Below, piece by piece: positions 50,701-64,000 of a stretch of DNA of 64,000 nucleotides. A program made the translations under genes and the position numbers. Position 1 is the first letter of the stretch. Every line of letters begins with the position of its first letter. This DNA comes from Balanoglossus misakiensis (lineage: Eukaryota > Animalia > Hemichordata), in the NCBI GenBank assembly GCA_040954595.2, contig CM082597.2, forward strand, positions 9,455,778 through 9,519,777, read 5' to 3'. The notes below the pieces were generated by a model. It was not told the DNA's origin and ran no database searches. It was given only the letters and a program-made list of their open reading frames with translations.

Positions 50701-53700
50701 CTACTTAAAGGTCCCATGCCATGCCCTATACAACCACGCGTAAAATCACTCTTTGGGTCTTGAAGTTAACGTATGTTACTATCTTGCAATGCGTTTTGCC
50801 CCTTGTGCTTAGATAACAGGCAAGTAAAAGTGATGAGTGGGCGTGTACCCCTAACCCAACTCAGTCGATTTTTTTCGGCTTTTCGAAGTTAAGCCGAAGA
50901 CTTATCTTGATGTGGACAAATAGTCTTTCACACCTTTGTAAATCCTCTGCCTGCAATGTGAGGCAAGGGCTTCCTTTACTTTGAACACTGTTTATGTAGC
51001 TTGCCTTTGTCTGTGGACTTAATTACTCATGGACCGATAATTACACTTTACTGTAAACAGAATAGTGTACTTGTTTGTCCATATGCAAATACCTTCGCCT
51101 GGCTCGAGTGCGAAGTGGCTCCCTGATCACAGGCATGAAAAAAGGTGGCAAATTCCGGCATTCGTGCACATTTTTCAGAACCGACACAATAGGCAATGCA
51201 TAGACAGGTACCCTAGGTGAGCTTTTGACGTGGAAATATGAAAACTTTCCAAAGCATGACATGAGACTTTTAAGATGGGTCACCCGTATCTTTTTGCCCG
51301 CTGCTATGGGCCTCTATAGGACACTACACTCAATTTTGATTGAAACAGTTATGAACGTCCGACAAGGGGCTAGTTAAAAATACACACGATTGTGTGCACA
51401 CCCCCTGTCCGAGTATGTTTACGGCAGCTACCGCCCGGCCATAGGCCGCCACGCTAATACGGCAAAGCAGCGGTCAGCGATAGCGTGCGCGTCCTGTAAC
51501 CACAGTAACTGGATCGAACGCTAAAAATCCAATGTTTTGTACACAGAGATTTTGTACCGTTCACGAAAATCCCTAAGGCTTTTTTCATAGGCCACGTACG
51601 CCAGTCAAATTTGACTTGTTGACAGAGAACACACTTCCGCATAGCGTGAAGGATCGTTTTAACGGTTATCGTCGCGCTAAGAAGCGATACCGGTGGAAGA
51701 GTGCATCCAAGAACACCCAAAATCGATGACTTTTTCAGGTGTGGTACGGGTATGCTGAAATCGTAGGATACAACGATCATATTCGAAAACAAAATCCTTC
51801 ACGATCTTCTGTGGTTCGAGCATCTAATGAATACGTATCAAGTTCGTTTTTGAGGTCACGGAATAAAAAGCCTTAGGCTTTTGAAATTTGACCTAGCTAA
51901 TTTGCATATCAATAGCGTCAGGGGGCGCGCACTCACAATCGTGCAGATTTACAACTAGTTACCAGCCCCTTGTTAGACTCTGAAAACAGTTTAGTCCAAA
52001 TCAGGGTGTAATGTCCCAAAACGACCCATAACAACGGGCAAAAAGATACGGGTGACCCATCTTAAATGTCCAGACTTGAATATGTTACTGTTTGTCAACA
52101 ACAACAATAAAAGTGATTGGTAGTACATAAACACATGATTAGTTGACAAACTGAGCATGTTGCGATACAATTGTAAGAACAAGAAAAATGGTGTACAAAA
52201 CAAAACAAAAACTGCAAAAATAGCCAGAAGTTAGATACACATAGTAGCCCCTTAAATATTGTTTTCAGGACAAGGATTTTGCAGATAAGCGGACATGCTA
52301 ATATAATGTAGTTGATAACACCTCCATCCCATGTGCAAAACTATTTTACATTTACCTGGCTACAGTCACATTGAGTCCCAGGAATTGAGAGAATAAAAAA
52401 TGTGAACCATAAAAGAACATTTGACTTACCAATGGGGATTCCCAATTTTTCTTGTTCAAGTCTGTAATTATTACAGACAATCCAGCGGGTGACATGATCA
52501 CTGTCTTCTGAGAGCGGAATTGTTTTATCACTGACCGTGTCTGCTTCCACAGTTGGTGTGGCCTCAACTGTAACAGATATCATCTAAGTATTGGTCAAAC
52601 TTTTTCACAATATGAGGAAAATATTGGCTACACATTGTAATGTGGATAAGTATATTTCATTAGTCTCTGGGGAAACTGTTTTATTAGATTCCATCTGACC
52701 ATTCGCAGCCATAACTCAGCACTGATTTCAATCACAAGTTTGATACAAATGATAAAGTACTGTGATATACCGTAAATTCTCGCAATTAAGCGCCACTTTT
52801 TAACCATTTCCAATTTTGGTGGCGCCTAAACAAAGGCAGAAATTTGCCTTTTCAAAAATCGGTGGCGCTTATTCATTGATCGCCCTGTATACTGTACCCT
52901 GTTGATTCATATGCAAATGACTTCCATTCAGTGTTCTCGTAAGGGGGTGTCCGCAGTGAATGAATGGCTGTTTCAAATTCATATGTAAGTAAAGTTTTAC
53001 CATTTTCTATTCAAATACAGTCAGTTCAATGTATTGTCTAATAAATATTCCAGAAATAAAAAGTTGTCAACGAAGTGAATACTACGAGCAGCATTACAGT
53101 ATGCTGGCTGAACCATCAACAAAATCTACTGACGTATAGTGGTTTAGTCCAAGTGCGTCTTTGTCATGCTCTCACACATGTAAGGTCAGGCAAGGTTGCG
53201 CGAATACTCAGGTTGCGTGAATATTCACGAGAAAATTAACCGCAAACATTCACAACTTGGAACTAGTTCTATTATTTCAAAGCCCTGGCCATATGGTCAA
53301 ACTTGGGTGGTAGTGCCGGTAACGTAAGCGGCTGCCGATCGATCGACAGGAAAAAGACCTAGACATGTGCCCGATTTCATCTTGTAAATAAATAGCACAT
53401 CAGCCCAAAGCATGCATTGTCTGCTCATGTCAATTATTATTCACGCAGCAAGCCCCCCCCCCCCCTTGATTTTGACAAGACCCCTAAACAGGTGTATACC
53501 TCGGTAGTACTTGCCATGATTGACGTACGTCCACACACCTCAAAAAAAAAAATCCTGGCGCTTAATTTTAAGTAAAAAGTAGCAAAGTCAGGTATCACTG
53601 GCGCCTAATCATGGGTGGCGCTTAATTGCTAGAATTTACGGTACATACATACATACTCATTTGTTTTGTGATACGATCCCACAGACACACACATCCAAGC

Positions 53701-56700
53701 ATACCTTGGTAACTACAACTTATGAACTACACAAAAAGTGACACTTTTACTATACCTTGTTGTGGTGTTGTATCAACTGTCACTTCCATCGTCTCAACTA
53801 TTGGTTTGACTATGTCCACAATGTTCAAACGTGGTTTAACACCTATAATGCAAAGTAATATGTTAAAAAGAAATCCACACTCTTTCCAAAAATCACAGAA
53901 AAAAAACAAAACTTCTTTCTCTCTGTGGCACATTTACACTTTTCCTTCATCATTCATGGATTTTTTCTAGACATTGCACAACTACTTGTTTTGACTTACA
54001 AGTCATTTTTTAAGGAGACTGCTAGTTTTAGCAAAGATTACATTTTTGTCTAATACTGACTGGACAGAACAGGACATCAAGGTTTTTCAACAGGCAAAAT
54101 CTATCAATTTGTAGTCAGTTTTGTTTTTCTTGTAATTCTTATCACATTGTCAAATCAAATTTGAATTCTTTTTTATCTTGAGGGAGGGTGATTGAGGTAT
54201 GTCACCAACACATATAATCCACTACTCATGTATAAGTATCCTTATAATTATTGTCTGAATACATGGGTTTATGGACCTCGAGTACAGGGGGCCATTTGCC
54301 CAACGCAGGAGGGAAAACGGTCTCCTGTCACGAGGGCCCACACAACATGTATTCAGCCAATACTATTCTTATTACATGCCTCGCCACCCCAAAACAAAAA
54401 TGTTTAATTGGACCAGGTAGCCTTGGCAAACGGTCAATATAACGCTCACAAGCCCGCTATATTCCCAGATTTTGCCTATTCAAATCAATGCATTGAATTT
54501 GCACTCACATCACAAACTTCATATGGCTTAAATACACACAAAAGAACTTATCTTATCTTACAGAAAGTGAGAGAGAGAATTTGGAACAGATTTACCAGTC
54601 ATTGCATTCTCCATACCTTGTGCTGATATCACCTGACAACTAAACTGTACAGTCCCTTCAGCACTCACACCTTGCTCTAACAAACTCTTGGAACTGTCCA
54701 GCTGTGGAGAACATAAAAACAAAGAGTCAATATCCATCATGTCTGTTCCTTCTTACGGCCACTTTCATGACCCCTATGTGACCTTTACAAAGTGGCATTT
54801 TGTTGGTACAACTCACGAGTTGACCATTTTGAAATTAATCTCTGGAACAGTCGAACACGCTTGAATTTGTGCATTCTAACTAGTCCTAAAAGAACAATTT
54901 TGAATACCGTATTACCTTTTATAAAAGGGTGAATATTGCATGTAATGTTGAATGATGTATACTTACTGAGAATGTAAGGTCACTCTGGGGTCATAAAAGT
55001 TGCCTATTGTGAATCAGGGGCCCTCAGAACATTCATTCTACATCACACCCTGGCATGTTTGCCTAAAATAAGGTGCATCTCTCTCAACTACTTCCAAGTT
55101 CCATTCTCATTGCTGAGGATGTGCATTCCATTTGTAAAAAATCGCGTCAAGGACACAGTGGTCCCATTGAGGGATTACACAAGAAAAAGTATACACCGGA
55201 GTACATGGCCATATACAGACAGACAGACAGACACACACACACACTGCGAGAGATCAATGGGCAAGCACTGACTGACCCATAAGCTGCCAATGGCTTAGTA
55301 CTGTACATACACTAAATAGAACAGCTGGCCTCTTAAAATTTTAGCCAGTTATGTAATCATTCAGGAATTTGCTGTGTTTATAAGAAACACAGGAGGGAGT
55401 TCCGGCCTAATTAAAACAACTCTAAAGTAAATACACACCACTTTGCAAAGCAATCTGATCAGTAGATCTTGAGTTACCGAGTTTTGACCAAATTCACATT
55501 TTTCCAGCTAATTTGCATATTTTTGGCGATGACAACTTCATTTGAACAAACTCCCATCTACAGGCCAGCCTGCATCTGCACACCAAATATCAAGGTGATA
55601 CACGCAGCGGTTTTTAAGTTTTTGATGTGGACGGACATACAGACATACATCCATACATACATACAGACGCAACCCATCCCATAAGGTCCCATGGTATATA
55701 TACCTATACAAATGGGACCTAAAAACGCAAAAATACAAAAAATTCCAACATGCTGCAATGTTTTAGTCATTAAAAAGTTGAACCTGTTTGTTCACTGGTT
55801 CACATGTCATGAGTTTGAGTTGATTTCTACAAATTAAAATTATGACATTGAAGTCTGTGCGGTTGGAATGTTGAATGTTTCTGTTTGGCAAATTTTGCAG
55901 ATCAAGAAATCACACCAATCAAGCCATGATGGGAAGCAGTGTGGGCTTTTCTGAACAACCAAACCATAAACTTTGATAAATTTTCCATACTGCATCTATG
56001 TCAACAAACCAGCAAAATATAACTTTTAACATATTATAGTGTTCCATAATTGTACATGATATTGATAAACCTTTTCTCTTAAAGCCCCAGTATTTCTCGT
56101 GTGCATCCATTTTTCATCATCGAAAAAAGCCCGTTTTTCCAGTACATCCATCATGGAATACTATATAATGAAGATGTAAGAAAGGTTTGGGCAATTGTAG
56201 CTACATGCAAGCCGAAAATATCGCCCGTAACACTTGGAATGATGCGCGGGTTTGTTTACAACGGAAATGTTGTACATGTCGATCAGCAAACGTGCCACTT
56301 TGACATTTTGATGGTCAGACCATTTTCGGATTTGATCTGGTTCCATCGACTGATTTCTCCCATAAAGTTATCTTCCCAAAATTTCGCCGAATTAGTGCGC
56401 ATTTCTTCGCTGAGTCGCTTGATTTGGGGCGACCAAACCTCTTCCGCATAGATTCACATTTGAGTGCGCATGCGCACTAGTCACGTGTGTCAACATTAGC
56501 CTGACTCACGTGACTTTCTGTCCGGACAGAAAGTCATTCTTCACTCCTTATATTGTAAATTGTATGAGTTTATCAGCAAAGCTGGGGATGATGACTGTTC
56601 GATTCAGTATCAATTATCATCTACTTTTAGAAATTATAGATGCCGTTTCAAACAAAATTTTGCCCCTACGAGAAATACTGTGGCTTTAAAGGTCCCATGC

Positions 56701-59700
56701 CATGCCCTATACAACCACGCGTAAAATCACTCTTTGGGTCTTGAAGTTAACGTATGTTACTATCTTGCATTGCGTATCACCCTCTGTGCTTAGATAACAG
56801 GCAAGTAAAAGTGACGAGTGGGCGTGTACCCCTAACCCAACTCAGTCGATTTTTTTCGGCTTTTCGAAGTTAAGCCGAAGACTTATCTTGATGTGGACAA
56901 ATAGTCTTTCACACCTTTGTAAATCCTCTGCCTGTAATGTGAGGCAAGGGCTTCCTTTGCTTTGAACACTGTTTATGTAGCTTGCCTTTGTCTGTGGACT
57001 TAATTACATGTACTCATGGACCGCAAATTACACTTTACTGTAAACAGAATGGTACACTACGACGTAGTGTACTTGTTTGTCCATATGCAAATACCTTCGC
57101 CTGGCTCGAGTGCGAAGTGGCTCCCTGATCACTGGGCTTTAGACCGGATTTAACCTCGATCTTCAAATGGGTCCTAAAACCATTGGGGCGTTTGCCCGAG
57201 CAGGGGCTCTTACCCGGGCAAGTACGGTACATGCTTGCTGTAATCACACTGACTGATCATCTAGTTATGAAGAGCCCACAACTCATGCACCCTTTTTCAT
57301 GAGGAGTTCCACACATTTGACTTTGAAGTAGTTTTATTCTATCAAAATAGCAGATGTACTTACCAGAGCAGAGTTTTGTAGATAGATTTCATGATCATCA
57401 AGACTGCACTGTATCCTTACTTCTAATAATTTCTTCAGAGTACTCAAGGGTTCAGCTATGTCCATCATTTGTGTGATGACATTCAGTGCTGTTGCTGGTA
57501 CTGTTACAGTAATTGTCTCAGGGCTGCAAATGTCATCATACAAAAAGACTTGGTTCAGTCATCCAGGAAATCAAGTTATTGCTACATGCAATTGTAATTG
57601 TCTCCAGTCCTAATTCATCATCCTTCCACGAATGGTCAGGAAATGTTAGATTAAAAATGTGTATCAAGCCCAGTTTTCCCCTACATGGGCTTTCAGTAGC
57701 GCCCTCTTTCTATCATAGTTTTTTATGTGGATTCATTTTCCCATGAGGCACTAGGGCTGTGCATGCGTTTTCATAGATTAGACGGCCACCACGCCATGCA
57801 ACTTTTACATTTAGGACTCGACCCCACAGATATAAGATTGTTTTCTTCTTTTTTGGACTCTACACCGTAGGAACGCTGATCTATTTGTTTAATCGGATTT
57901 GTTTGTTATTCCGGTCTATTTGTTCATTCTGACCGATATTTGGCTCTGAAATTGTTTGATGTTGTTTTATGATGATTGCTCATATACACTGATGCCATGC
58001 TGTTGAACGTTCGCCCAATCTGATGTGGTTTTTCTGTAAACAGTTTCACCGTGTGCATACATCGTGAATAAATCGGTCTGTTCTAAAGCAACTGAAAGGC
58101 TGTTTGTCTCTTCCTTGTGTGTGTGGTAGACACTAGCGGGACCCCCAACAGTGAAAATCTGTGGACCGTCAGGAGGCAGTGAAAATCTGTTTCCGTCAAG
58201 CCAGAGGCCAGAAGTGAAAATCCGTGGTCGTACATCGAATGAAAGGCAGGAAGTGAAAAACCTGTGTCTGTGAGCGGGAGGCAGCGAAAATAAATACAGA
58301 AATAAAGCTGCAAGCAGCATTGTCGGGGTCCAAGCACAAAAATGATGGGCAGAAGGTAGTCTACCAGCACGCCAAATGTGAAGTCAATCTGACTTGTAGT
58401 TTCTGAGATCTGTGATTTGCATTTTTTCAGAAAATCCAATATGGCCACCAGGTCATGTGACTAATTAAAAATTCAAGGGTTCAATGCACAACTACTCATT
58501 GACCTTGACCACTGTAGCAAGTTTGAGAAGTGTACCTGCAGCGGTGTCTGAGATCTAGAGCAACAAAGAATTGACACAAGAATAAAGAAAGAAAGAAAGA
58601 AAGACTGAAAAATTCCAACGAAACCAAGAGGGGTCCAAGCGCTGCAGGCGCGTGGACCCCTAATTATATTAAGATGAGTACATACAACGGTGAAGCACCA
58701 CCAGACATCGGAGAAAGCTCCACAAATAGAAATGAACTGGACAGAGTTGAAGGAGAAGCAAGTCAACATCTAGAAAACGACGAATCAACAAAGGAAGTTG
58801 TACAAACAACCCCGCCAACAACACAAGGTGGGTCACACCCTAATCCAGAGGACGCAGTGGAAGGGCGCCATCAACGGAGAAAAAGGCCTACATTCAAAGC
58901 ATTACAGATTCCATATTGTCAGCTGAGAAAGATATGTAGATAATGTGGAGCAAACCAAATGAAACAATACTGAAACTCAGAGAAAATAGCAACCCAAGCG
59001 ATGAACTCATTTCTGAAGTAAAGACACTTGCACATGAATAATATTCATGTGCAAGTATCTTTACAGCATCATATTATATGATGCCATATGGCAGAAACTG
59101 CATGAACTTTATGAACAAGACAAAAACAATGAAGTCGGTGATTACAAAGAACACAACACACCTGAACATAATACTATAGAAACACGGACATGATCGATAG
59201 TGAGCTGAGAGATATATCAATCAGAAAAACACAACAAAGTCATGATCACAGCAGCCCAGCCCCTGAGAAAGCAATTTCCATTGTGGGCACTCAATTATCA
59301 ATCACGTCTTCAAGGGCCAGTCTCATAAGATAAGAGCCCAGGTATTAGCAGCAGCGGCAGCAGCAGCCAAAGAGGCAGAGTTTGAAATAAATATTTGCTA
59401 GGAAAACGGCAGAGCTGACATCCACAGCCGTCAGACAAAGAGCTGAAAATGAACTGAGGGAAGCTGAGTGCAGTGCTGACCTCCAAATCTTGCAAGCTGA
59501 GTCAGAGAAAAGAGGCGCGGTAGCGAAGGCAACAGCAGATATCTATGAACAGGTATTGTGTGAGGAAGCCATACAAGCGCCACCCACAACACCACAACAA
59601 ACTGCAAATTGCCATGCCCTACGCTACAGCGCCCTCTCTGGACAAGACCAGACACAACCCCACCCAACTGTGGATTACCCTGTATCTACACAGCACAGAC

Positions 59701-61566
59701 AGACGGATGTCCATACACTGCCACAAGACACTTATGAACCAAGATGCAGCTGAACACCCTCGTCCAAATGGGTTCATCAAACTTTTAGCTCGTCAACGCT
59801 TGCCACTACAGGAACCGGAAGTGTATGGTGGTGACCCCATCATGTTCCTCCCATGGAAAAGAACATTGGATTCGATGGTAGACAGCTTGTGTACCAACAT
59901 CTGAGAAACTGTCATTTCTGAGCAAATATACCAAAGGCGACCCGAAGACAATAGTAGATCGATTTAGACTGAGATATATACAAAATGTAGAAACAGCCTA
60001 CAGCAGCGCTTGGAAAGAATTAAAAGCAGTGATCACCGCTGTCATCATTAGGAAGCTGACTGCTTTCCTAAAGTTTTGACCGGACAACGGCCTGAAATTA
60101 CTTGAACTGGCTGATCTGCAGAACGATACACTAGCCCACATGAATGAACTTCCTGGCCTGTGTACACTCAACACACCCAATGGACTGAACCCGGTGATAG
60201 AAAAGTTGGCAGCCTTCATCCTCAATAAATGGCGACAGAAAGTGTCCGCTTACAAAAAAGCCCAAAAAGAAGTTTTCATCATTCAGCTACTAGAGCACAA
60301 AATGATCCTGACATCCCAAACTAGGCGGTTCATCATTTGCCGTAAGAACCAAATCCAGCCAACCATCGAGACCAACCACTCGTGTCCATGTGACAAGGAT
60401 ATCTGGTGATGGGAAACACTGTCACTTCCACGATGCCCCTGGACATGACCTCACAGAATGTAAAGCATTCATGAAGAAAACTTCAGACGAAAGGACTGAG
60501 CTGTATAAGAAGAAAGGAATGTGCTTCAAATGTACACAAAGGCACCTGGCGAAAGACTGTAACACTAAAATAGAATGCGAGACCTGCAAAAGCAAGAAAC
60601 ACGTGACCTGTCTTCACCGCCAACCCACTGAGATGACCAAACAATCCCAGCGTTGTCACCGGTCGACATGAAGACGAAGATATGGAGACAGAAACAGTCA
60701 CAAAATGCACCAAATAGAAGAAATGTCCAGCTGGCTGCTCCTGCACAACTACTTGTGGAGGAAACAAGCTTGTTTCCAAGAGCCTACAAACCATCCTTAT
60801 CTTATATACACTGTATGCAATTAAGGGAAAGAGGCTCCCTACACCTCAATTATAAATTTCTTAAAGAAATTTAATTATAAATTTCTTAAAGAAATTAAAA
60901 TAATAGTATAGTGTTGCAATAAAGAAATGTATGAAATTTTTTTTGTAAAATAAAGGGCGCGAAACTATATTTTAATGAACTCAAAAGCAAATTAACCCAA
61001 TGTTTGAGAGGAAAATTTAACTTTTGCCACTCAAAGTTAGCAGAGGGGTGGGGTGGCAAGTACTCTGCCCTTGTACACTAGACAAACCAGCCAATAAATG
61101 AAATGTGGCGAGGAATTAAGGGATAGGTATGGATATAAGAAAATTTTGTAAAATAAAGAGCTCAATTTTCTGGACTCAAAAGCAGAAGTTTGGGGGCAAA
61201 AGTATGTGACCCCCCCCCCCTCCCCCCTAAAGGTTTCGGGAGGAAAAGATGACCCCCCCCCCCCCCTTTGGATTTCAAAATTTCAGTTACATGTACACCC
61301 CCCCCCAAAAAAAAAGCTGAATGACACCCTGTCTATACCGAAAACCTTTTTCTGCCCCTTTCTGCCATAGAACCCACATTAAAAGAACCTCTACACGTAT
61401 AAACTGGACACCTCTACAAACCAAATGATTTCTTCAGTCCTGTTGGTGTTCGGTTTAGACAGGTTTTTCTGAATAAATTTATCAATTACCTTGGTAATGT
61501 TGCTTCTTCTGATTTTGCCTTCTTCGCTTCTTCCTCCTCAATACCTGCATCACTAGCTCTCTTCAT
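44727..61566 (-). CDS. GABPA: GA-binding protein alpha (ETS factor with ubiquitin-like, PNT and ETS domains), 10 coding exons
   Basis: Exons 61566-61490, 57523-57364, 54701-54617, 53842-53756, 52567-52430, 50110-49907 (PNT), 49244-49194, 48705-48667, 46495-46364, 45103-44727 (ETS), all phase-compatible. Motifs [53 protein letters not shown]...[19 protein letters not shown]. Confidence 0.95.
47243..47877. mobile_element. MITE with ~75-bp TIRs and 8-bp TSD (hAT- or P-like)
   Basis: CACAGGCGCTCAAGACGATCGCTTCGCGATGG is mirrored at the right end; flanks CTACAAGT/CTACGAGT match at 7 of 8. Confidence 0.75.
50709..52061. mobile_element. Two abutting TTAA-target (Kolobok-like) MITEs, 50709-51269 and 51274-52061
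   Basis: TTAA at 50705, 51270 and 52062. TIRs are AGGTCCCATGCCATGC/GCATGACATGAGACTT and GATGGGTCACCCGTATCTTTTTGCCCG/CGGGCAAAAAGATACGGGTGACCCATC. Confidence 0.8.
52768..53643. mobile_element. pogo/Tigger-like MITE (TA TSD)
   Basis: TA-CCGTAAATTCTCGCAATTAAGCGCCA...TGGCGCTTAATTGCTAGAATTTACGG-TA. Confidence 0.7.
56083..57131. mobile_element. TTAA MITE (56083-56685) abutting a second, truncated copy of the 50709 element (56690-~57131)
   Basis: TIR AGCCCCAGTATTTCTCGT/ACGAGAAATACTGTGGCT; TTAA at 56079 and 56686. The following ~440 bp closely match 50709-51130. Confidence 0.8.
57660..60790 (+). mobile_element. Decayed BEL/Pao LTR retrotransposon (LTR end plus gag) in a GABPA intron
   Basis: Fragmented gag: [21 protein letters not shown] (DUF1759-like) and three knuckles [47 protein letters not shown] at ~58066 and a probable LTR end CAACA at 58150. 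Many stops and frameshifts; boundaries approximate. Confidence 0.8.
60890..61325 (-). repeat. Diverged inverted relative of the Harbinger-type MITE at 3224
   Basis: TACACTAGACAAACCAGCCAATAAATGAAATGTGGCGA is the reverse complement of ~3474-3511; no tandem array here. Confidence 0.7.
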
Positions 61567-61619
61567 TCTTAATAAAATGATCACAAAACATGTGAATGCA
61601 AAATATATAACACAGCTAA

Positions 61620-62190
61620 TAGCTGTAATGCAGTGATTGTACCGGGTGCTGCTAGGTTGACTGGTGTGTTCGCAGCCTACCGCTACAAGGCCTTATGTAT
61701 AATTTCTCAATCAACTTTCTGTTGTCAGCTCAGTTACTTGGTAATAACTATTACCTCCGATAAAATTTGAAAACCACGTGGTAGCATCCCCCCAAAACAC
61801 CTCCAATGACCAAATTTTCCCCCGAAGTGTCCTGCTTCCGTTAAAAATCCAATAAATCCACTGAAGTTTCACCGTTGTGTTCAAACTTATCCACGTTTGA
61901 ACAAACATGACGGAACACATCGGCCGAATTTCAGTGGATTTATCAGTTTTTTAATGGAAGCAGGGAACTTTGGGGGGAAATTTGGGCATCAGAGGTGTTT
62001 TCGGGGGGGGGGGGGGGTGCAACCATGTGATTGTGATTGTGGTTTTCAAATTTTATCGGATATAAGAGTTAAACCACGTAACTGAGCTGACAACAGAAAG
62101 TTGATTGGGAAATTACACATAAGGCCTTGTAGCGGGAGGGCTGCGAACACACCAGTCAACCTAGCAGCACCTGCTACAATCTTTGCAGCT
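61620..62190. mobile_element. Foldback element; a third TIR-like copy at ~62607-62660
   Basis: GGTGCTGCTAGGTTGACTGGTGTGTTCGCAGCC...TCAGCTCAGTTAC is mirrored at ~62078-62190. Confidence 0.65.
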
Positions 62191-63056
62191 AATAACACAT
62201 ATAGATGTATACTATACTGCATGTATTGCCAATCGGCCAAGCTAGTTTTTTGCTTTTACTTGGCAAATAAAGGTTTCAAAGACTGGTCAGCAAGTAATAA
62301 TATTGAAAACTCATCTATGAGTCTGCAACCACCGACGGCTGTTTACAAATTACACAGGCAGTCTGTCAGTGCGGACCTGCATAGATGGCACTGTCACAGA
62401 AATAGAAGAAGTCAAGAGAATCGCATTGGATACACATTTTGGAGACGGTTTTTGCTCGCTCACAAAAAGCCACATCGGCAGTATTCATAACATGCTATTC
62501 TTTCTGCATCAGAACCAGATCCAAAGTGCCTTACAGTGCCGTTTCGGGTAGCTGCAGTTCAGTAGCTCGAGGTTTTGCCGTCTAACACAAAATCAAGGCA
62601 AAACCTAGCTGCAATGATTGTAGCAGGTGCTGCTAGGTTGACTGGTGTGTTCGCAGCCGCTACAATCATTGCAGCTGTGCAAAACCTCGAGCTGTGTAAC
62701 CAGGCGAGAGCGAACGTTTCAACCACTGCCAAAATGGCCATACATGCTACATTTGCTTATGTCATTAAATATTTATATAAACTGGCGTTTTATGAGTCTG
62801 GTGTTAAAATATGTGCATTTCAAAGTCTTTGTGCAATGTCACAAACACATAATCAAAATCGAAATTAACACTTCCTGTTCTGACATGTGCAGTGCAGTTG
62901 TGTATGAGGAACGACAACATGGGAGCGAAGCCGTTTGAGATCATCGTGATCGAGCAATCTGACACATATTATTCGAATAAATGGCGCTCACTAGACCATA
63001 AACTAAACCAAAATCTTTACAAATAGTCACGTGAGGGGGAATACAATAAAATATAC

Positions 63057-63642
63057 CTGACTTTGTCGTCAAGATACCTGCTATCCGCAAAAAAAGTCGA
63101 CGATTTACCACAACAGACAGATGAAAACAGGAAACCAGAATGACGCCGAAGGAAATGGTTGAAGTCATGTGACAGGATGTGTGTTGGGAGAATTAGTATC
63201 TAGATCTGGCTGGGGTCGTCAGAAATTGAAATTTTGGACTCGTTTAAATAAACGTCAGGCAAAACATGGCTCATTTCGGGAAAATAGTAGTGGAGCACAT
63301 ACATATATGCAGACAATTTTATCCTGTACTGAACAAAAATATATCCCTTTCTCAGTTTCTGTGTACACATGTATGCAGCGCGCATCATTTGTAGCTGTGC
63401 ATACATGGTATTACTTCAGTGCTTAAAAGAAAATAAGTATGAATTTCACAGTTGGCAACCTTTTGATTAAGACCTGAATTTTCACAAAATTGTATAAAAT
63501 TAAAGCGCAATTCGTGCAAAGCAGTAAAATCACAATCTCGTACAATCCCGTATATATACGCGAGACTACAAAGCCGCCATTTTGAAAAGGTGTTGATGGT
63601 TTTGTTGTGAATATTGGCCATGCGAGAGGAACTGGAACTGTC
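63057..63642. promoter_or_regulatory. Bidirectional promoter and 5' UTR region between GABPA and RBBP5
   Basis: Minus-strand donor CAG|GTATAT at 63057/63056 (candidate GABPA non-coding exon 1), TATATATA at 63551, and YY1-type GCCGCCATTTTG at 63573-63584. Confidence 0.55.
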
Positions 63643-63774
63643 ATGAACCTCGCTCTATTAGGTAAATTTACGTCTTACTATTCATTTGTTGTGATGTTCC
63701 AAAATTAAGCAGTGGTATAACATGTTTTGTTGTTCTTTTTTATTTCAGAAAGTTTTGGCCAGAACTATCCAGAG
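63643..63774 (+). CDS. RBBP5: Retinoblastoma-binding protein 5 (COMPASS subunit), first two coding exons
   Basis: Exons 63643-63661 and 63749-63774 splice to MNLALLESFGQNYPE, against the recalled human RBBP5 start MNLELLESFGQNYPE. Splice sites are canonical; the gene continues beyond the window. Confidence 0.9.
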
Positions 63775-64000
63775 GTGAGTCGACGATTGTTATTGTATTT
63801 TTATTTTGGCTGAGTGTATACGGAGACATTTCCTTCATCAGGAGAAACTCTTGTTATTGATATTGGGGACATGTTGAACATTGCTCCATGTAATTGTATA
63901 GCAGTCTGTCATAGCCGATCGTGACATTGGATTTTGAGGCATTCTTCCAATCGTGAGACATGCATTGCATTTGTAACTAAAGGGATGCAATGCAATGTCT

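Noticed and set aside
63955-64000. Hairpin AGACATGCATTGCAT...ATGCAATGCAATGTCT as a possible miRNA
   Set aside because: Short, at the window edge, and no match to a miRNA I recognise (miR-33 considered).

Overview
AT-rich, intron-rich eukaryotic DNA, by inference from a marine invertebrate deuterostome (hemichordate- or echinoderm-like); no bacterial features or CRISPR arrays. Host genes read by hand through GT-AG junctions: the first coding exon of an XK-related (XKR) gene (-), an unrecognised 6-coding-exon gene of about 243 aa that the ORF track largely misses (+), a highly homogenised C2H2 zinc-finger array with internal stops (+), a 6-exon SLC16/MCT-type MFS transporter (+), a 10-coding-exon GABPA (-), and the first two exons of RBBP5 (+) head-to-head with GABPA. 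Mobile DNA is abundant: LTR remnants (Gypsy-like, BEL/Pao), many MITEs with readable TSDs, and a young 5.6-kb tyrosine-recombinase retrotransposon with split direct repeats (26193-31837). The most interesting signal is in that element: one leader exon with a phase-0 donor, separate phase-0 acceptors in front of gag, pol and YR, an internal poly(A) signal after gag, and an inverted repeat enclosing the pol acceptor. This suggests it expresses three proteins by alternative splicing and polyadenylation. All coordinates were read by eye; no database searches were run.
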